From positions 124,001-188,000 of IMG/VR virus record IMGVR_UViG_3300042359_000853: 64,000 nucleotides of DNA. One strand, written 5' to 3'. A program made the position numbers and the translations under genes. The notes below the pieces were generated by a model that ran no database searches, was not told where the DNA came from, and worked only from the letters and a program-made list of their open reading frames with translations. Shown one piece after another: positions 20,951 through 29,816 of the stretch (position 1 is the first letter of the stretch; each line of letters starts with the position of its first letter).

Positions 20951-22231
20951 TTAGTCATTTTCTTTGCCTTCGATAATGATTTGCTTGAGCTTACCATTAC
21001 TTCGAGCTATTGGGCATTCCCTATTTACAGAAATAATCAAAACTTTACCTTTTACTCTTGAAAGATCTAAATGATCGGTTTCACCATCAGTAAGAATAAC
21101 CGAGTTACAATCGTTGTGATTTTTTACAATATGATCGATCATCGGTTGTAGGCAAGTTCCACCAAGACCTTTGATAGGAATACTCTGAAGTTTTTTAGCA
21201 TTTTTGATATTCTGAACCCATTTAACTTCGGTATCAGATTCCATAAAGTTCATTTCGATATCGTTACGATTAACATATGAAAGAACCCGCTCAAAAGTTC
21301 CCTGACCACCCATTGAACCACTGGTATCTAAACCGACATTGATTCGGTTTTTCATTTTACGAACACCTTTGACACCTTGAATACTTCTGCGGTTAGGTCT
21401 TACGATAGTTTTGTTCTTGATAGTTCCAAAGATCAAATTTGAAATAGCTCTTTTGATATAGGATAGGTAATCTTTTCTTTTCTTACGAAGTTTATTGAGT
21501 GTTTTTTCTACGTTAAAACTACTAAGACCACGACTATGTAACCTATCAATAGCGTCTTTTACCATTGACTCTCTTTGCTCTTCTGAGATTTCATCAGTGA
21601 TGTGAACATCAAGATACTGACCAGAGTTTTTTTCTAGATTATCTAAGATACTATCTAATGAGTGTGTGTCAATGGTTCCACCAGGTGATTTAGGATCTTT
21701 ACCAAAAGGTCCATAACTACCACTATTCTGATCTTTACCACCATTTTTTTGACGCTCTTCTTGTTTATCACGAAGCCACTCGTAGAGCTCTTCAAAAATA
21801 AGATTACCTTCGTATTCTTTCGGAACAAAAAGTGCCATATTCTTACCCTCTTCGTCTTTGGGGATCTCAATGAAATCTGGCAGAATATCCTCTACGATAA
21901 TATGGTTGATGATCATGTCCTGTGCGATATTGGATAGTTTAGGATCGTATTGGCCAGTAATCGTTCTACGAGGATGGTTTAGAAGCAGGTGAAAATCTTC
22001 GTGAAGTGTAATAAAGTTGATCTCTCTTTGAGTGAGACGATTTAGAAAAGAACTAGAATAAAAGAAGTTCATACCCTTTGCTGTCATATTCACCGCACAG
22101 GTTCCGATATTTTCATCTTCTTTAAAGTTAATAAAAAGATTGAAGTTACCGTAAAAGGGTAAATTGACACGGCTATCAATCAGCATACTTTGAACCGATT
22201 CGAGAAGTTTCTCGTGTATGTTTTTAATCAT
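20951..22231 (-). CDS. DUF2201-like metallopeptidase + VWA-like protein (MoxR partner)
   Basis: LHEDFH (HExxH), NIAQDMIIN, RPNRR, LDTSGSM (MIDAS), GLGGT, LTDG. Confidence 0.88.
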   Translation of the reverse strand: MIKNIHEKLLESVQSMLIDSRVNLPFYGNFNLFINFKEDENIGTCAVNMTAKGMNFFYSSSFLNRLTQREINFITLHEDFHLLLNHPRRTITGQYDPKLSNIAQDMIINHIIVEDILPDFIEIPKDEEGKNMALFVPKEYEGNLIFEELYEWLRDKQEERQKNGGKDQNSGSYGPFGKDPKSPGGTIDTHSLDSILDNLEKNSGQYLDVHITDEISEEQRESMVKDAIDRLHSRGLSSFNVEKTLNKLRKKRKDYLSYIKRAISNLIFGTIKNKTIVRPNRRSIQGVKGVRKMKNRINVGLDTSGSMGGQGTFERVLSYVNRNDIEMNFMESDTEVKWVQNIKNAKKLQSIPIKGLGGTCLQPMIDHIVKNHNDCNSVILTDGETDHLDLSRVKGKVLIISVNRECPIARSNGKLKQIIIEGKEND

Positions 22232-22246
22232 TTTCTATTTTTTTTA

Positions 22247-22254
22247 CAAAGATA
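22247..22254 (-). promoter_or_regulatory. Bacteroidota -7 element (TATCTTTG)
   Basis: TAnnTTTG upstream of the VWA gene. Confidence 0.65.
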
Positions 22255-22282
22255 TGAATAAAAATACAAAGGTTCAAGTTTT

Positions 22283-22957
22283 TTAGTCTAAATGAACCGA
22301 TATTTTTTTACCCGAGAATACGACATATTCTACTCCTTCGAGACTTTTCAGTTTATCTTCAAGCTCGAAAGCTTTAGAAAAAGGTATTTGTTCGTCTGTA
22401 TTAAAGTGTAGTGTGGTTTTTCTTACTAAAGATTCGTTCAAGGGAGATGATACAACCTCTCTTTGTGAGTCAATCGAAACAACTTCAATGGATTCATTTA
22501 CGATCGATCCAACCTTATCGAGTAGTGTAAGATCTTTCTGCGCTACCGAAGACTCGTTTATTGGTGCAAAAACCTCTTTCAGCGAACGAACATACGATTC
22601 GTCTAGTTTATTTTTATAGACTATATCTAAAAGATCTTCTGAAAAACTATCAATCGTTGAGGATCTTTCTATCCAGCCAGCTTTTTCATTATCTGGATTT
22701 GAGGCGTAGAGCCATTCAATATTACCTCGATTGATACTTTCTTTTAGTATTTTTGATTTGATTTGGTAAGTTTTTGACCCACCTTGAGCGGTTCTAACCG
22801 TTTTTTGACAAGTTACATCAAAATAGAAGTTCGATCGGTGAGCGTTTTCGTGTATCTCAACCTTCTCAAAAGATTCTTTGAGGATTCTATCAATTTTGTT
22901 GATGTTTTGAATCATTAAATCTAGATTATACATATTTTTTATTTTTTTTTCAACCAA
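22283..22957 (-). CDS. Hypothetical protein
   Basis: ORF with several (L/I/V)NES sites. Confidence 0.6.
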   Translation of the reverse strand: MVEKKIKNMYNLDLMIQNINKIDRILKESFEKVEIHENAHRSNFYFDVTCQKTVRTAQGGSKTYQIKSKILKESINRGNIEWLYASNPDNEKAGWIERSSTIDSFSEDLLDIVYKNKLDESYVRSLKEVFAPINESSVAQKDLTLLDKVGSIVNESIEVVSIDSQREVVSSPLNESLVRKTTLHFNTDEQIPFSKAFELEDKLKSLEGVEYVVFSGKKISVHLD

Positions 22958-23196
22958 TCCTCTACTGATTTGTAGAGCTCTGGATCAAGAGAATCACCAA
23001 CTTGAAGAAGTATATCTTGTGTGAGTTCCAATTTTATCGAAGGATCACTCTCATTTTTTAGCATCTCAAGTTGAGATTTAATGATATTTTTACTATCATC
23101 ATCCAGTTCTGGTCTATTCTCGATCATTTCAAGAAATGATTCATCGTCCATTTCTTGATTTGATTCATTGAATTTATTAAAATTCACAATTTTCAT
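22939..23196 (-). CDS. Small acidic protein with capsid-targeting-like N-terminus
   Basis: MKIVNFNKFNES; late-type motif at 23202-23213. Confidence 0.65.
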   Translation of the reverse strand: MKIVNFNKFNESNQEMDDESFLEMIENRPELDDDSKNIIKSQLEMLKNESDPSIKLELTQDILLQVGDSLDPELYKSVEDWLKKK

Positions 23197-23230
23197 AAGA
23201 GTATATATTAAAAAAAGAAATACATTTCTT

Positions 23231-23353
23231 TCACCTTAAGACAACATCTTCTCTGGTAGCTGCTAAACCTAAAAAATAAACGAATAGAATAAACAATCCA
23301 GTTAGAACAAACCCTAAAATAAATAAAAAATCTGGGAAACTAATCTTTTTCAT
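23231..23353 (-). CDS. 40-aa single-pass membrane peptide (not in ORF track)
   Basis: MKKISFPDFLFILGFVLTGLFILFVYFLGLAATREDVVLR; start overlaps the upstream gene end. Confidence 0.55.
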   Translation of the reverse strand: MKKISFPDFLFILGFVLTGLFILFVYFLGLAATREDVVLR

Positions 23354-23756
23354 TATTGATAAGTTTTTGATAGATAATCTCTAATGAGTGTTTTACGTTC
23401 GAGTTTATCTCTTCTTCCATAAGTGACCGACGGGTTTCGACTTGATGATCAAAAATCTCAACTAACTTTCTATAAGTATCAAGAGTAATATCGAGATCAT
23501 ATTTATAGGAGTGGTTGATGATCGATAGTTTAGAATCACAAAAAACAACAAAAAGTCCGAGAGCTTCGTTACGAATAAACCGCTTATTAGAAAGAGGTGA
23601 GATAAGTAGAATGGAATCTTTTCGACGAATAAGGTTTCTACAAATCTTGGCTTTTTCAGATGAAAACTCAGGATTTTTTGTTTTGCTCTTCATCTGTAGA
23701 AGACGATAAGCATCAATACCAATCTTTTGGAAAAATCGTTTAGTTTTGTGTATCAT
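23340..23756 (-). CDS. Hypothetical protein
   Basis: ORF in operon. Confidence 0.6.
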   Translation of the reverse strand: MIHKTKRFFQKIGIDAYRLLQMKSKTKNPEFSSEKAKICRNLIRRKDSILLISPLSNKRFIRNEALGLFVVFCDSKLSIINHSYKYDLDITLDTYRKLVEIFDHQVETRRSLMEEEINSNVKHSLEIIYQKLINNEKD

Positions 23757-24885
23757 TTTTATGGTTTTGGTCTAGTTGTTGGTTGAAAGTTGCTGATTGC
23801 TTGAATCCGAGTTTTACAAGATGACTACATAGAGATCCCCAAGGTCGATTTCCCAAAAAAAGAATCTTCTCGTGTCGGTGAATAGCATCGGGTATATGTG
23901 TGAGTAAATCTTGGGGCATTTCTTGATAAGATATCTCAACTACCGTGCCATCCGCGGATTCTTTACCGAATTTGACAATGTAGTATCCAGTTTTGAGAAG
24001 TTCTTTCATTTTGTCAAGGTTCTCTGTAACTGGAAACCATTTTGACAACTTGAGAAGAACTTCATCTACTGCTCTTTCGTAGATGTTGTTGTCTAATCCT
24101 TCTGACGAAAGTTCTTTGTCGGTTAAGGGGGATACCCAAAAATAATAATCTAGAGATCCTTCTTTGGTTTCAAGATCTTCGATACGGGATCTGAGAACCT
24201 CTCTTTTGCTATCAAGATGATGAAGAGAAACTTTATAGGAAGCTATTTGACTATTTATTTTGAGATGCTCCTTGTTGAGATCTGAGAGCTCTTGGCGAAG
24301 ATTTTTGAGTTTCTCCTGGCGAACTTCTTGAAACTTCTCTAAAAGAGTTTCTCCAAGTATAGGATAGATACCTTGAGTATCTGTCATTAATGTGGGCTCT
24401 GGTATATCCTGTGAAATTTCATCTTCAGATTGGTCTTCTTCACCAAAAAGATCGGAGATTTTATCTAGAAGTTTCTGACCTACTGATAAATCTTCCTCGA
24501 AGATTTGTGAAAGCTTATCGATAGGTTTTTGAGATTGTATAGAAAGATACACTTTAACTTCACTACCCTCGAACTCAGATACAAACGGTAGAGCAGTGAT
24601 TATTTTCTTGTTACGAAGATTAACAAAGGTTTGATCTTGATACTTAATAGTATTCAGAAGTTCCAGTCGCCTTTCTCTGGATAGACGAATACCTTTGTTT
24701 AAGCATCGAAAATCACAAGTGCCGTCATCGTAGAGTTGGAGCTCGAAAGTGCAGTTTTCTAGTTCAAGACCCGATAGATATTTACCTGAGATTTGAGCTT
24801 TTTTAGTTGAAAAAGAAATATGAGAGCCACCACCAATAAAATCTTCAATAGGTAGAGGTTGAAAAAATTCGCCAGATGTATTCAT
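23740..24885 (-). CDS. Hypothetical protein with central coiled coil
   Basis: 381-aa ORF with heptad segment. Confidence 0.6.
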   Translation of the reverse strand: MNTSGEFFQPLPIEDFIGGGSHISFSTKKAQISGKYLSGLELENCTFELQLYDDGTCDFRCLNKGIRLSRERRLELLNTIKYQDQTFVNLRNKKIITALPFVSEFEGSEVKVYLSIQSQKPIDKLSQIFEEDLSVGQKLLDKISDLFGEEDQSEDEISQDIPEPTLMTDTQGIYPILGETLLEKFQEVRQEKLKNLRQELSDLNKEHLKINSQIASYKVSLHHLDSKREVLRSRIEDLETKEGSLDYYFWVSPLTDKELSSEGLDNNIYERAVDEVLLKLSKWFPVTENLDKMKELLKTGYYIVKFGKESADGTVVEISYQEMPQDLLTHIPDAIHRHEKILFLGNRPWGSLCSHLVKLGFKQSATFNQQLDQNHKNDTQN

Positions 24886-24890
24886 AAGTG

Positions 24891-24922
24891 CAAATATACA
24901 AAAGATTTCTTAATCAACCAAA
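24891..24922 (-). promoter_or_regulatory. Bacteroidota promoter TTTG-N20-TATATTTG, near-leaderless
   Basis: -7 element ends 5 nt before the ATG at 24885. Confidence 0.65.
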
Positions 24923-25338
24923 ATTTTTTCAATATTTATATCTCTTTTCATAACCATTATTTCTCTTTCGTCTATTAGTGGTTTTGGAAGTTGTCTACCA
25001 CGACCATCTACTAGATTTTCGATACTAATATAATCAAAGTTTGTAGTAGAACAAAGATATAGAAAATCACTATCTCTGATTGAAGAGGGACCATCGGTAA
25101 GTAGTTGATGAGTGATATTCACTATTTCTGTATCAAGACTAAAGTTTCTAAGAGAGGTCTCGTTGAAATCTGGATGTCTATCAACAACTAGAATATAGAG
25201 TAGAATTTTCTCAGCTCTTGGAAGAAGTCGAAATAGTTCTTCAATAGAAACTACATTGAAAAGCCTGTAGGCTTTCACGAAATTGTCGGAAACTTTTATT
25301 TTTCCAGTTTTTTGGTCTTGATTAAGTAGTGATGTCAT
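24910..25338 (-). CDS. Hypothetical protein with C-terminal RDxxIxxIL motif
   Basis: Ends KRDINIEKILVD. Confidence 0.6.
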   Translation of the reverse strand: MTSLLNQDQKTGKIKVSDNFVKAYRLFNVVSIEELFRLLPRAEKILLYILVVDRHPDFNETSLRNFSLDTEIVNITHQLLTDGPSSIRDSDFLYLCSTTNFDYISIENLVDGRGRQLPKPLIDEREIMVMKRDINIEKILVD

Positions 25339-25385
25339 AGTAGGGGGTGTGGTTGTTTATATATATTTCTAAAAAAAGTTTAATC

Positions 25386-26483
25386 GTGATTATAAGACAT
25401 AAAATTTCAAAAGACTTTCAGTTACTTACCGGTGATAAAAAAATCGTTATCCTTAAAGCCGGTTCGCTTCTTGAGAACTACAAATATACAACAAAAAACG
25501 ATCAAGTCAAAGTAGATCGTGATATTGTTGATTCCAATCCAGATTTTTTCTTACTACTAGATTGGAAAGTAGAACTAGTCAATGTAATGAAACAAAATAA
25601 AATCCAAACACCAGCGGTGATTGCTAAGAAAATCATACCTTTCTTAGAAGAGATTATTATGAGTTCGTCTGGCTCGGGATCTTCTGATCCATCAGAGGAG
25701 ATCGAAGCTTTACAAGAAGAACTCAAGGAAAAAAATAGAAAACTTCGTGAAAGAGAAATCGAACTAGAAACTACACAGGACAGAGTTCTAAGAAGGGAAA
25801 AACAAATAGAACTCGATCTCGAAGAGGCGAAAACTAGACTTGATAGAAGAGAAAGAGAAATCACAGATCTTTCATCAAATCTTGATCTCCTTACCCAGGG
25901 TAAAGAAAGAGAACTTGAGCTCAAATACCAAAAACGTGAAAATGCCTTAGCATCAGAATGGCAAGATAAGTTTGATGAACTAACGAGAAAAGAATCCCTG
26001 AACTCACAAAAACTTATTGAAGTTGAAGCTAAAGAATCTGGTTTTCTAAAAAAACTGAAAGAACTTCAACAAAAAGAAGAAAGTATCCGAGAGCTTGAAC
26101 TAGGTATTAAATCAAAAGAAATGAATATTGAAACTCTTATTATGGACTCTCAAAAAGATCTAGATAAGAAACAAAAAGAAATGCTCGAAAAACTAAAAAA
26201 TGATATGAAGGATCTATCTCAAAGAGAAAAAGACTTCGACCAAAAAATGAACCTTTTAGAAGAAAGAGAAAAAACTCTACTTACAAATGAAGAGAACTTC
26301 TTAGAAAAAATAAAATCTCTTGAATCTCAAATCGAGCAAAAACAACTAGTTCTAGACGAAAAAATAGTAGAGATTGCTAAAAAAGAAGAGGAACTTTCCC
26401 AAAAGAACGTAGATTTTCTTATTGACCAGGCTCTCACTCAATTTGAGAAGAAGATTCCTTGGCAATACCATAGAAGAAAGTAG
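25386..26483 (+). CDS. Long coiled-coil protein (probable start GTG 25386; ORF track starts 25347)
   Basis: E/K/L-rich heptads over most of its length; late motif at 25356-25365 lies inside the longer ORF call. Confidence 0.7.
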   Translation: MIIRHKISKDFQLLTGDKKIVILKAGSLLENYKYTTKNDQVKVDRDIVDSNPDFFLLLDWKVELVNVMKQNKIQTPAVIAKKIIPFLEEIIMSSSGSGSSDPSEEIEALQEELKEKNRKLREREIELETTQDRVLRREKQIELDLEEAKTRLDRREREITDLSSNLDLLTQGKERELELKYQKRENALASEWQDKFDELTRKESLNSQKLIEVEAKESGFLKKLKELQQKEESIRELELGIKSKEMNIETLIMDSQKDLDKKQKEMLEKLKNDMKDLSQREKDFDQKMNLLEEREKTLLTNEENFLEKIKSLESQIEQKQLVLDEKIVEIAKKEEELSQKNVDFLIDQALTQFEKKIPWQYHRRK

Positions 26484-26509
26484 AAATCTAGGTTTTTATA
26501 TATACCCCT

Positions 26510-27250
26510 GTGTCAAAGAAACTTTACGATAAAACACTTGAGTATTTAGGTAAAAAAGAAAAAATTCTTTTTATAACTACATCAAATAGATGGACAGATG
26601 AACTCCCTAAATCTACTCAACTAGCTAAAGCTCTCAGAGAAGAAGTAGGACCATCTAAAGTAGAGATTATCGATGCCTTCAAGCTTAATATTGTTCCGTG
26701 TGAAGGAAACGTTTCTACTAAAGAAGGTGGCAATCATTGTGGTAGTAAAGGTTCCCAACTAAAAGATTCAAGAAAAAATCCAAGTGGTCATCATAGATGC
26801 TGGGCAAATATCAACTCTCCTGAAGATGAACTTTGGAAAATATCAAGAGAACTTCTAGAAAGTGATGCGGTTGTGTTTTTTGGATCTATTCGGTGGGGTA
26901 AGGTAAATGCTACCTACGCTAAGCTTATTGAAAGACTTACCTGGCTAGAAAATCGTCATACTGCTCTTGGTGAATCAAACTTGGTAAAAAATATTGACGC
27001 AGGGGTAATTGCTCTAGGTCATAACTTTAATGTAGAACAAGCTGTGAAACTAGAAAAAGAAAATCTTACTTTTTTTGGATTCAAGGTTCCGGATGAACTT
27101 TCTTGGGGATGGCAGTGGTCTAAAAACTCTTCTGATGAAGGTCTTCGTGGATACAAAGAGGACATTAAAGATTTCACAGAAGAGTTCTCACTGGACGAGC
27201 ACATAGAAGAATGTGTAAAAAGATTTGGAGATTTCATAAAAAAGGGGTAG
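26510..27250 (+). CDS. Flavodoxin-like / NAD(P)H-dependent FMN reductase family protein
   Basis: ILFITTSNR..STQLA..LNIVPCEG..ESDAVVFFGSIRWG..LIERL. Confidence 0.8.
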   Translation: MSKKLYDKTLEYLGKKEKILFITTSNRWTDELPKSTQLAKALREEVGPSKVEIIDAFKLNIVPCEGNVSTKEGGNHCGSKGSQLKDSRKNPSGHHRCWANINSPEDELWKISRELLESDAVVFFGSIRWGKVNATYAKLIERLTWLENRHTALGESNLVKNIDAGVIALGHNFNVEQAVKLEKENLTFFGFKVPDELSWGWQWSKNSSDEGLRGYKEDIKDFTEEFSLDEHIEECVKRFGDFIKKG

Positions 27251-27330
27251 AATCTCTACTGAAACTCTACCCCTCGGGCATTTGGTCCTTTAGCTCCACC
27301 ACTATATTTTTATCTAAAACATAGAAAACT
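27240..27330 (-). ncRNA. Candidate small non-coding RNA with intrinsic terminator
   Basis: Minus-strand TATCATATATA upstream, GC-richer core AGTGGTGGAGCTAAAGGACCAAATGCCCG, 9-bp hairpin AGGGGTAGA/TCTACCCCT followed by a U-run; no convincing ORF. Confidence 0.4.
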
Positions 27331-27360
27331 TATCTTATATATGATATTTTAGGAAATGGT

Positions 27361-27391
27361 TTTGATATCTAGAACTTTTTATCTATATTTG
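27361..27391 (+). promoter_or_regulatory. Bacteroidota promoter TTTG-N19-TATATTTG
   Basis: Both elements upstream of the ABC transporter. Confidence 0.7.
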
Positions 27392-27404
27392 CTAAAAAAA
27401 ATAT

Positions 27405-29216
27405 ATGATAACCTCTTCAGATAAACAGATATTCTCGAGTATCTGGAAATTTTCAAAGCCTTTTAAACGTGATCTTAGCTCGGTCTTTCTTCTTATTGTT
27501 TTAGTTTCGGTCTTGGATGCGGTAAATCACTACTGCTTGAGTAAGGTATTTGACACAGCTGGCGTAAAATCAGGTCTAGAAAATTCGGTCTGGTGGCTCT
27601 TTTTAGCTGGATTTGCTATGATATCAAAGATATTTTTCTCAAAATGGCGAGAAAAGATTGAGATCCAAAAACTAGATGTGAATGTTTCTAACTTTCTAAA
27701 TAGCTATTCTATATCGAAGTTTTTTACTTTTTCTAACGGCCAACACCTAAACGAGCACTCGGGTATCAAGCAGAATATTATACAAACTGGTTTTGGATCC
27801 TTGAGAAATCAGATGAATGTGTTTATCTACAACCTTGTTCCTACCCTATCGCAGTTTGTAGTTGCTATTTTTATATTTTATTGGATAAATATTTGGATGG
27901 GTATTGGATATACCCTATTTTCTCTATTTTTTGGCTTTATTCTTTTTAGATTTCATAAGTTTTTAACGCCACAGGTTGAGAAGGTAAGAGAAGTTGAAGT
28001 ATCAAACTCAAGGCTAATCTCTGAACTTTATCGGTATGTTGTTCTTATTAAAAATGAAGTAGCCGAAGATAAATCTCTCGGGGATCTCGATACAGCTCAA
28101 ACAAAATACAAAAGCTCTTATAGTCAAACCTGGCTCTCGGCTATTGATAGACTTCTGATTATTCGGCTTTCATCACAGGTGTTCAGATTTTTAAGTATTC
28201 TTTTTTGTGTATATCTTATTTATCAAGACCAAATCACGATGGGATCTATATTTTTAGTTTATCTGTGGTCTGGAAACTACATCAATGCTATTTGGTCTAT
28301 TACCGATCTACAAAAGGGTTATATTACTGATAAAATAAATATACAAAAGTATTTTGATCTGATTGGCACTGAAAGTGATGTGGTTCAAGATAAAAATCCT
28401 ATAACTGAAGGTCTTGTTGGTGATATTGAGTTCAAGAGTGTTCATTTTGCCTATCCTAAAAGAGTTGATAAATATGAAGGTGAAAAGATTTCACCGGATG
28501 AAAAAAACAGTTTTGTTTTAGATGGTATTTCTTTTGTGATACCTAAGGGAAAAAAAGTTGCTTTTGTAGGTGAGTCTGGCTCTGGTAAATCAACAATCGC
28601 AAATCTTATTCGTAGATCTTTCGATCCACAGATGGGAGAGATTTGTGTGAATGGTAACCCCTTGAAAAAGATTGACATCAAAAAGTTTCTCAAAAAGATT
28701 GGTTCAGTTGATCAGGATATTATTCTTTTTGATAGATCACTTCGTGATAATATTTCTTTTGGAACCGGTAAGCGTCTCACTGATGAGGAGCTCTCTAAAG
28801 TTGCTAAGCTATCGGGTATTGATAACTTTTTCACGAAGCTAGAGTTTGGTTGGGATACGATTATCGGTGAGAGAGGAGCTAAACTCTCTGGTGGGGAGCG
28901 TCAAAGAATAGGCATCGCAAGAGCACTTGCTAAAGAACCAGAGATCCTGATTTTTGATGAAGCGACCTCAGCACTTGACTCAAAAAATGAAAAACAAGTA
29001 TCTAAGGCTATTGAAAAATCCTCTTTTGGAAAAACCTCGATTATTATTACACACCGACTTTCAACTGCTCTTGCTTGTGATAAAATATTTGTAATGAGAC
29101 TTGGTAGAATTTTAGACTCTGGTTCTCACGCTGAACTTTTAGAACGGTGTGAATACTACCGAGAACTTGTTAAAAATCAACTCAATCCAAAAAGCGAAAC
29201 AAAAACTGAAGTCTAA
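27405..29216 (+). CDS. ABC exporter, fused TMD + ATPase (MsbA-like)
   Basis: TM N-half; GESGSGKS, LSGGERQR, ILIFDEATSALD, ITHRLST. Confidence 0.95.
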   Translation: MITSSDKQIFSSIWKFSKPFKRDLSSVFLLIVLVSVLDAVNHYCLSKVFDTAGVKSGLENSVWWLFLAGFAMISKIFFSKWREKIEIQKLDVNVSNFLNSYSISKFFTFSNGQHLNEHSGIKQNIIQTGFGSLRNQMNVFIYNLVPTLSQFVVAIFIFYWINIWMGIGYTLFSLFFGFILFRFHKFLTPQVEKVREVEVSNSRLISELYRYVVLIKNEVAEDKSLGDLDTAQTKYKSSYSQTWLSAIDRLLIIRLSSQVFRFLSILFCVYLIYQDQITMGSIFLVYLWSGNYINAIWSITDLQKGYITDKINIQKYFDLIGTESDVVQDKNPITEGLVGDIEFKSVHFAYPKRVDKYEGEKISPDEKNSFVLDGISFVIPKGKKVAFVGESGSGKSTIANLIRRSFDPQMGEICVNGNPLKKIDIKKFLKKIGSVDQDIILFDRSLRDNISFGTGKRLTDEELSKVAKLSGIDNFFTKLEFGWDTIIGERGAKLSGGERQRIGIARALAKEPEILIFDEATSALDSKNEKQVSKAIEKSSFGKTSIIITHRLSTALACDKIFVMRLGRILDSGSHAELLERCEYYRELVKNQLNPKSETKTEV

Positions 29217-29221
29217 AAATC

Positions 29222-29518
29222 ATGAGAGAAGAAGCCATCCACAAAAGTTGTCGTAGAACTATCCGCCAAAAATTTGAAGAGCTCAGAGTAGGTCAATTTA
29301 GTATTGATATACTAGCTCATTTTTTACAAAACAAATCTAAAAAACTTCGTGATATTGAACGGGAAACACCTTACAAAAAGATTTATTTAGAAGAAGCACA
29401 AAGAATGATTTCGCTTGTCCATAAAGCTAAACGAGTATCTAAAACATTTAATATTCGTAGTAATGACCATAAAAAGAGGTGGAAACTTCTAGATATTTTA
29501 GAAAGATTAGAAAAATAA
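29222..29518 (+). CDS. Small basic hypothetical protein
   Basis: ORF directly after the ABC gene. Confidence 0.5.
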   Translation: MREEAIHKSCRRTIRQKFEELRVGQFSIDILAHFLQNKSKKLRDIERETPYKKIYLEEAQRMISLVHKAKRVSKTFNIRSNDHKKRWKLLDILERLEK

Positions 29519-29566
29519 TATATAGTTAGACTACATGGCCAGTAGATATAAAAAAATTCAGTCATT

Positions 29567-29737
29567 ATGAATACAATCAACAAAGAGCAGTTTATGGGTC
29601 TAATCAGACACGCGCTCACATTCGTAGGTGGTGTCTTGGTTATGCGTGGAGATCTCGACGCAGTAGGTCAAGAGCAACTTATCGGTTCAGTGATGACCCT
29701 AGCCGGACTTGTCTGGTCTTACTGGGTGAAAAGATAA
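29567..29737 (+). CDS. Putative small holin, 56 aa, 2 TM (not in ORF track)
   Basis: MNTINKEQFMGLIRHALTFVGGVLVMRGDLDAVGQEQLIGSVMTLAGLVWSYWVKR; IRHxLTxxGG..G..WS pattern of small phage holin-like proteins. Confidence 0.7.
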   Translation: MNTINKEQFMGLIRHALTFVGGVLVMRGDLDAVGQEQLIGSVMTLAGLVWSYWVKR

Positions 29738-29757
29738 AGAAAATCTTTCAAGTTACT

Positions 29758-29790
29758 AAAGACCTACACAAAAAATGTAGGTCTTTTTTT
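29758..29790 (+). terminator. Intrinsic terminator
   Basis: AAAGACCTACA-loop-TGTAGGTCTTTTTTT. Confidence 0.85.
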
Positions 29791-29816
29791 ATACATACAA
29801 AAAAATAGAATATTTA

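Noticed and set aside
25502-25924. Ser-rich antisense ORF and similar short opposite-strand ORFs in the track
   Set aside because: Antisense shadows of charged or coiled-coil genes, with no promoter or motif support
27270-27305. SAM-I riboswitch (GGTGGAG..GGAC..GCCC resemblance)
   Set aside because: Lacks the rest of the SAM-I architecture and has no downstream gene on that strand; kept only as an unclassified sRNA candidate
29383-29619. 78-aa minus-strand ORF
   Set aside because: Overlaps two better-supported plus-strand genes, including the holin-like ORF at 29567..29737
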